64,000 bases of DNA, taken from an uncultured Gammaproteobacteria bacterium (GTDB taxonomy: Bacteria > Patescibacteriota > Microgenomatia > UBA8517). Numbering within the stretch: position 1 is the first letter of the stretch; the number at the start of each line of letters is the position of its first letter. This document shows, one piece after another, positions 59,038 through 64,000 of this stretch. The notes beneath the pieces are model-generated. The model did not search any database. It worked only from the letters and a program-made list of their open reading frames with translations, and was not told the DNA's origin. The stretch spans positions 9,389-73,388 of the forward strand of contig CAYSJW010000033.1 in assembly GCA_964431555.1 (NCBI GenBank). The letters are read 5' to 3'. Made by a program: the position numbers and the translations under genes.

Positions 59038-59123
59038 GCCGAGGTGGCGGAATTGGCAGACGCGCAGGATTTAGGATCCTGTGAGGGTTAATCCTTATGG
59101 AGGTTCGAGTCCTCTCCTCGGCA
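59038..59123 (+). tRNA. tRNA-Leu (anticodon TAG), class II
   Basis: Acceptor GCCGAGG/CCTCGGC. Anticodon stem CAGGA/TCCTG with loop TTTAGGA. Confidence 0.8.
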
Positions 59124-59314
59124 CAAATAAATTTTATAATATAAATAATATGAATATCTTACACATTCATTTTGACAAAAGAACTAAAAAATACGAAACA
59201 TTTTTGCTTTTAATACCTCCAACAATATACACAATAATAATTTTATTTTATTTACTTGCATCTTTTCTAAACCCTAGCCCTTGACAAAAAAATACAATAT
59301 GTTGTTAAATAATA

Positions 59315-60007
59315 ATGATGAAGCGTATTCTTTTTATTTCTTTTTTAATTTTAATCTCACTCACTTTCTCACCAAATGCCTCGTACGCATTAATATCGAC
59401 ATCAGAGGAAAATACATATAGAAACCAATTAAAAGAAAGAGTAAATGAAAATCTTACTCAAAGCGAAAATATCAGAGCTGAAATTCAAGAAAGAATTCAA
59501 GAAAGAATAAAAGAAAAAAGAGCCACCCAAGAGTCGAAACTTACACAATTAAGAAAAGAAAAGATAAGAAAATATTGGAATCTTATGGAAAAAAGAATAT
59601 CAGCCACAATAGAAAGATTGAATAAGCTTATTACAAGAATCGAATCAAGAATTGTAAAAATTAAAGAAGAAAACACTGATATTGATACTTCAAAAGTTGA
59701 ACCTGAGATAGATAAAGCAAAAGATTTGCTTTCTGACACTCAAAAATTACTCAATGAAACCAGTGAAAATATTGATGTCATATTAGAATCAGAAAATCCT
59801 AAAATTGCTTTTGAAATCCTAAGAGAAAAAGTTCAAGAAATTAAAAAGAATCTGATTAAAGTTCATAACATATTAGTACACATAATAGGTGATATTAAAG
59901 GTTTAAGAGTTGGTACTTATAAACTCTCACCAACTCAAAAGACATTACCAACATCTACACCGACAACAATGCCAACATCAACAGTGACACCGACTGAAGG
60001 AGTTTAA
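59315..60007 (+). CDS. secreted coiled-coil protein with Thr/Pro-rich C-terminal tail
   Basis: Signal peptide. About 150 aa of charged heptad-like sequence. TLPTSTPTTMPTSTVTPT tail. Confidence 0.5.
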   Translation: MMKRILFISFLILISLTFSPNASYALISTSEENTYRNQLKERVNENLTQSENIRAEIQERIQERIKEKRATQESKLTQLRKEKIRKYWNLMEKRISATIERLNKLITRIESRIVKIKEENTDIDTSKVEPEIDKAKDLLSDTQKLLNETSENIDVILESENPKIAFEILREKVQEIKKNLIKVHNILVHIIGDIKGLRVGTYKLSPTQKTLPTSTPTTMPTSTVTPTEGV

Positions 60008-60010
60008 TTT

Positions 60011-60268
60011 ATGCAATTAGTATCACGAAAGAATTTTATAATACTTTTAGCTGCAATTTTAATCGTAGGCTTGGGTTTTTTCGCTATAAACACTTCTAAA
60101 AAAGGGGTAAAACTTCCGTCGGAAAGCGATAAAGAAATTAAACAAATCCAAACTCAATCTAAATCAGATAATTTAGAAGATATTGAAAAAGACTTACAAA
60201 ATACTGATTTAAACAATATTGATAAAGAACTTTCTGACATTGAAAAAGAAATAAACACAAGTTACTAA
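60011..60268 (+). CDS. small membrane-anchored protein with short acidic repeats
   Basis: TM helix, then DIEKDLQNTDLNNIDKELSDIEKEI repeats. 3-nt gap to the upstream gene. Confidence 0.4.
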   Translation: MQLVSRKNFIILLAAILIVGLGFFAINTSKKGVKLPSESDKEIKQIQTQSKSDNLEDIEKDLQNTDLNNIDKELSDIEKEINTSY

Positions 60269-60291
60269 TTATTAAAATCTCTTCTCTTCTA

Positions 60292-60789
60292 ATGAAGCGT
60301 ATTATTTTATTTCTATCTCTTATAATGTGTGTGCTTTTCTCCATTCATTTAATCAATAAAACTAGGTCTTTAACCAACCACCAAACTAACAAAAAAAATA
60401 CTTCTACCTTGAAACAAGAAGCAAAAATAAAAATAGGTTCTAAAGAAATCAATGTAGAAATTGCAGACAGCCTTTACGAAAAAGAAAAAGGTCTTTCAGG
60501 AAAGGATTTTATTTTAGACAACGAGGGAATGATCTTTGTTTTTCCCCAAAAAACATACCCCTTTTTTTGGATGAAAGGTATGAAGTTTCCCTTAGACATA
60601 ATCTGGATATCAAATAATAAAATAGTTCAAATCGACGAAAATATACCCTCTCCAAATAAAATACAAAAAGAGAGCGATTTACCACTTTATAGACCATCTG
60701 AAGCGGTAGATTACGTTTTAGAGGTAAACGCCGGTTTTTCAAAAAAATACTCAATTAAAAAGGGCGATACAGTAGAAATTAAATTCTAA
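60292..60789 (+). CDS. DUF192 (COG1430) family protein
   Basis: Signal/TM. Conserved core (...E.......GL......DNEGMIFVF.......FWMKGM.FPLDIIWI). Confidence 0.65.
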   Translation: MKRIILFLSLIMCVLFSIHLINKTRSLTNHQTNKKNTSTLKQEAKIKIGSKEINVEIADSLYEKEKGLSGKDFILDNEGMIFVFPQKTYPFFWMKGMKFPLDIIWISNNKIVQIDENIPSPNKIQKESDLPLYRPSEAVDYVLEVNAGFSKKYSIKKGDTVEIKF

Positions 60790-60835
60790 AAATAGATAAT
60801 TTAAAGAGGAAAAATTAACAAAAATAATTTTCAAA

Positions 60836-62104
60836 TTAAAGCAAAGAGTAATTAGATCTTTCAAGCACAGAGGAAGAAAAAACAAAATCTTCCAACTCTT
60901 TAACCCCTCCAAAAGCAATCCTGTCTGGAACTTCATTATTTTTCAAAAAAAGCATTCGGGCTGGTTTTAGGACAAAACTTCCCCAGCGATTATTAATCTT
61001 ATCAATTGCCTCAAAAAGCTTTTCTTTTTTTAGACAATCCTGAAAAAGTTCCAACTGTAAATTACTTTTTTTCTTCAAACCAAAAACCGAAACTGAAAGA
61101 TCACGCACTGGCTTACTATAAGGAGACATAGCCAAAATTCGCAAAGCATTCTTATAAATTTCTCTAGAATCAAAAAAGCTTCTCAGAAAACTAACTCCCT
61201 TATGCCAAAAGGTTCCATCTTTATATCCTATGGCTACATGTATTCCTTTTGCCGAATAACCAGCCTTTCTTAATCTAAAAGCCGATTTTTCAGTAAGTTT
61301 GCAAAGAATAGGGGAGAGTTCTTGAAGTGAAACCAAAGGCTTAGGAAGAGCGTAGGAATTCCCAAAACTTTTTCTGCCAAACTCAATATTATCTATCTCA
61401 TATCCGCGAAGGCGCAGATACCAAAAATATCCGTTGATCGATTCAAACGCTGCTTTCAACTTCCACAAAGGTGAATGATAAAAATCCAAAACACTGAAAA
61501 TGCCCACAGAATTCAAACGCAGAGAATTCTGAAACTTTATATAAGGAAGGTCTGTAAGGCTAAGTTTTGAGTAAATACCACAAAAATTATCTTTATTTAT
61601 CTCCTCAAGGCCATCGGGTTTGTGCAAATTTGAAGCCAACTTGGCAAGAAATCTATTCGGGGCAACACCTATTGAAACAGTCAACCAATCTCCAATCTCC
61701 CTTTTAATCCTTAACTTTATTTCTTTCCCTAACTTAAACATCTTATTTTCAATCCCCGATACCTTGCTTTTAAAACTCCAATAGTCTTCCAAGTCTAAAA
61801 CAAATTCGTCTATGGATTTTGGTACTAATTTGGGAGTATACTCCGACAAAAGCCTGCGGAGTTTGAGGTGAACATTTCTATATTTCCAAGGATCCGGAGG
61901 CAAAACTACCAAGTTAGGGTAGATTGCTTTTCCTTCTTCAACTCTCATTCCCACCTTAATTCCAAGTCTTTTAGCTTCAACAGAAGGAGCTATAATACAT
62001 CCCCTTGGAGTGGTGTAAGCAGCCACTGCAATTGGTTTTCCCCTCAAATACGGATTTGCCTGCTGCTCAATCGAAGCAAAGCAGGAGTTTAAATCAATGT
62101 GCAT
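60836..62104 (-). CDS. dinB: Y-family DNA polymerase (DinB/UmuC-like, Pol IV)
   Basis: MHIDLNSCFASIEQQANPYLRGKPIAVA is the canonical Y-family N-terminus. The ORF track extends to a TTG at 62179, but ATG at 62104 (MHIDL) or 62143 (MRFL) is the more plausible start. Confidence 0.85.
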   Translation of the reverse strand: MHIDLNSCFASIEQQANPYLRGKPIAVAAYTTPRGCIIAPSVEAKRLGIKVGMRVEEGKAIYPNLVVLPPDPWKYRNVHLKLRRLLSEYTPKLVPKSIDEFVLDLEDYWSFKSKVSGIENKMFKLGKEIKLRIKREIGDWLTVSIGVAPNRFLAKLASNLHKPDGLEEINKDNFCGIYSKLSLTDLPYIKFQNSLRLNSVGIFSVLDFYHSPLWKLKAAFESINGYFWYLRLRGYEIDNIEFGRKSFGNSYALPKPLVSLQELSPILCKLTEKSAFRLRKAGYSAKGIHVAIGYKDGTFWHKGVSFLRSFFDSREIYKNALRILAMSPYSKPVRDLSVSVFGLKKKSNLQLELFQDCLKKEKLFEAIDKINNRWGSFVLKPARMLFLKNNEVPDRIAFGGVKELEDFVFSSSVLERSNYSLL

Positions 62105-62237
62105 TACACTTGGTTTTTTAGAATTAAAGGGAAGAAATCTCATAGTTAATAGATAATTTAAAAAAACTCTAAATACCAAATACTAATACCTAAATACCCA
62201 CTTCCGGCTTCTAGATTTTACTCTCTAATTTCTAAAT

Positions 62238-62440
62238 CACTTACAACTCACAACTAATTTCTCATTTTCTACCACTCACTTCTTACCTCCCATCGCCCAC
62301 ATCTCACTTCTAACTTCCCACTTCTCACTTCTTACATCTTACTTCTTACGTCCTACATCCTACTTCCAATCTCCAACAACCAACAACTCACAACCCACCA
62401 CTCATTTCTCACTACTCGCTACTTACAATCATCAACTTAT
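62238..62440. repeat. array of 29 tandem degenerate heptamers (consensus about WWCYYAC), G-depleted on the plus strand
   Basis: Perfect 7-nt register over 203 nt. C at position 3 in 27/29 units, A at position 6 in 27/29. Only 3 G in 203 nt. Confidence 0.85.
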
Positions 62441-62465
62441 TTATACTCTAAATGTTTTATCCACT

Positions 62466-62485
62466 TCGATGATTCGAATCATCGA
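62466..62485. repeat. perfect 20-bp palindrome TCGATGATTCGAATCATCGA in the AT-rich spacer between the two heptamer arrays
   Basis: Self-complementarity checked base by base. Confidence 0.85.
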
Positions 62486-62683
62486 TACAGTTTAAAATTT
62501 GTCAACTATTAAGAATAATTTGATAACTGGTAATTGGTAATAATTACAAAATAATAACTATAAAATTATCTACTCTTTTTAATAAAATATTCCTACATCA
62601 TTTATTAAAATCATTCATTAACCATTAACCAAATTTAATACATAAAGGCTAATTCATAATTTCAATCTCTTATCGTATTCCAA

Positions 62684-62803
62684 TCTTACTTCACCCAGTA
62701 CCCAAAATCATCCCTTACAACTAACAACTAATAACTTACAACTCACAACCCACCCGCTCATCACTCACTACTCACTCCCCACTAATTTCCTCCAACCTCC
62801 AGT
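62684..62803. repeat. second heptamer array (about 16 units, one 1-nt register slip), same orientation and consensus
   Basis: Units such as aactaac aactaat aacttac aactcac aacccac ... cactcac tactcac tccccac. G-poor. Confidence 0.75.
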
Positions 62804-63023
62804 GCAAATTATCTGTATTCAAAACCAAACGTAAAAATAAAGTTTTACTAACAACCGAAAACACATGAAAGAGAGTAAGACCCTCTCGATAGGTGTGATG
62901 AAATCCAACCTTAACTACCGGGTAAAGGCGATTATTCCAAACAACCCATTTGGGAAAAACCCGGCACGTTTTTTGATCAAAAACCAAAACCACTGAAACC
63001 GGTTCATTAACCTTTGTATTCAT
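62772..63023 (-). CDS. hypothetical 83-aa ORF whose C-terminus runs into the second heptamer array
   Basis: Non-repetitive N-terminal 70 aa, but no SD. Could be spurious. Confidence 0.25.
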   Translation of the reverse strand: MNTKVNEPVSVVLVFDQKTCRVFPKWVVWNNRLYPVVKVGFHHTYREGLTLFHVFSVVSKTLFLRLVLNTDNLHWRLEEISGE

Positions 63024-63105
63024 ATCAGATAAAATTAAAAATCCGAATATAATACGAAATATAATTTATTTATAAAACCGAATAAAATACAAATCAAGAG
63101 GCAAT

Positions 63106-63648
63106 TTAAAGTAGATTCTTAAGTTCAAACCTTTTTAAAACAATATATTTAGCTCCAAAGGGGGAAAGCAAAGATTCAAAAAGACAAAATGTATCAACCT
63201 TGATTTTCCAAAAAACCCTATCCTCAATCCTTTTTATAACAAATGACCTAAAATCGCTACCCTTAAAACGCGCTAAGGTAAGATGAACCTTAAAATCCCT
63301 ATTTTCTGGTTTTATACTAATACTTTCTTCAATACTTTTCTTAAGCTTGGTAATTGTTTCGCTAGTTTCACCCTTAGCCCAAATAAGTCTTGGTCTTTTA
63401 TAATCTGGACCATAGCATACTTCATTAAATAAAATTTCAAATGGATTAATTAAAGCTCGGATTTGATCAATCCCTGCAATCACTTTTTCTAAATCTTCCT
63501 CATACCAGGGAGGTACCAAGGTTATATGAAGATTTTCTTTTTCTATCCAACGAACATTCAATTTATTCTGATACTTATTTTTCCATTCCTCAATTTCATT
63601 TATTAAATTAGATTCCGCCTTGATACCTATAAAAACTCTCTTTTTCAT
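63106..63648 (-). CDS. 2H phosphoesterase / 2'-5' RNA ligase (LigT/ThpR) family
   Basis: Two H-x-T-x motifs (NLHITLVP and KVHLTLARF) spaced as in the LigT family. 180 aa. Confidence 0.75.
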   Translation of the reverse strand: MKKRVFIGIKAESNLINEIEEWKNKYQNKLNVRWIEKENLHITLVPPWYEEDLEKVIAGIDQIRALINPFEILFNEVCYGPDYKRPRLIWAKGETSETITKLKKSIEESISIKPENRDFKVHLTLARFKGSDFRSFVIKRIEDRVFWKIKVDTFCLFESLLSPFGAKYIVLKRFELKNLL

Positions 63649-63690
63649 AATTTTAATAAGTATTTATAATTATTAAATTGTAAAATATCT

Positions 63691-64000
63691 TATGTTTAGA
63701 AAAATTCTCTTTTTAATTATTATAACTTTTGCCTTTATAGTTGGATATTTCTCCAGAGGAAAAATTGAAAATCTAAAAAATCAAGTATCTCAAGATAAGC
63801 AAAATAACCCCATATCCGATAGATCACTAGATAAATACACAATTGAAAATCTTAAGAAAGCCAACTTTACAGTTTCAGATTTTAAAATAACAAAAATTCT
63901 TAAAGAAGGTGAAAGTTTTAATTCTTATCTTTTCTCTTTTAGATTTAACCCAAATCTAGACGGTAAAACCTTTAAAAATGTTTCAGGACAGATAAATTTA
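63691..64000 (+). CDS. hypothetical membrane-anchored protein, 3'-truncated by window edge
   Basis: ATG at 63691, TM helix (ILFLIIITFAFIVGYF). The frame stays open to the end of the window. Confidence 0.4.

Noticed and set aside
59081-59284. 67-aa plus-strand ORF
   Set aside because: Starts inside tRNA-Leu(TAG) and continues into AT-rich intergenic DNA; no support.
62105-62179. TTG-initiated N-terminal extension of dinB
   Set aside because: Y-family polymerases begin immediately before the hiDld.FfasvE motif. ATG at 62104 (MHIDL) or 62143 fits, and the TTG extension is unsupported.
62228-62460. Long stop-free reading frame on the plus strand through the first heptamer array
   Set aside because: The strand is essentially G-less, so it has no ATG/GTG/TTG start codon anywhere. 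The open frame is a compositional artefact (TAG and TGA cannot occur, TAA happens to be absent).
62238-62803. Possible CRISPR array
   Set aside because: Units are 7 nt, degenerate and contiguous. There is no repeat-spacer structure and no cas genes. This is not CRISPR.

Overview
This is a strongly AT-rich, gene-dense bacterial window. Its style fits a small-genome lineage, plausibly Candidate Phyla Radiation (Patescibacteria): short intergenic spacers, archaeal-type metabolic enzymes, and many small proteins with N-terminal membrane anchors.

The first ~36 kb is mostly housekeeping:
- htpX (partial), gatCAB, an MFS transporter, dnaE, rplS, YraN, sodA, ruvC
- a glycolytic/gluconeogenic run: pgm/pmm, PGI/PMI, PEP synthase, enolase
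- a DNA-damage block: lexA, uvrB, uvrA, a transglutaminase-like protein, and a short uvrC
- secG and a family-5 substrate-binding protein

From ~36.7 kb onward the window is tRNA-dense (13 tRNAs, including four Leu isoacceptors) and more accessory-like. It contains:
- a minus-strand gene string: a TM-anchored Memo-AMMECR1 fusion, an AbiEii-type nucleotidyltransferase with a small overlapping upstream partner, a SurA-N-like membrane protein, and a 575-aa orphan membrane protein
- GT39-like membrane glycosyltransferases, a LytR_C protein, pyrG, a DRG-like TGS GTPase, an ATP-grasp enzyme, a UDG-superfamily glycosylase, a P-type ATPase, a clan GH-A hydrolase and a SAM methyltransferase
- a compact candidate sRNA with a consensus sigma70 promoter and an intrinsic terminator
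- a Y-family polymerase (dinB)

The most unusual element lies between the ligT-like gene and dinB. Two arrays of degenerate 7-nt tandem repeats (29 and about 16 units) are almost G-free on the plus strand. They flank an AT-rich spacer that holds a perfect 20-bp palindrome.

A perfect 18-bp palindrome sits in the divergent lexA/uvrB promoter region and is a candidate SOS operator. No CRISPR array, rRNA or obvious integrase was seen.
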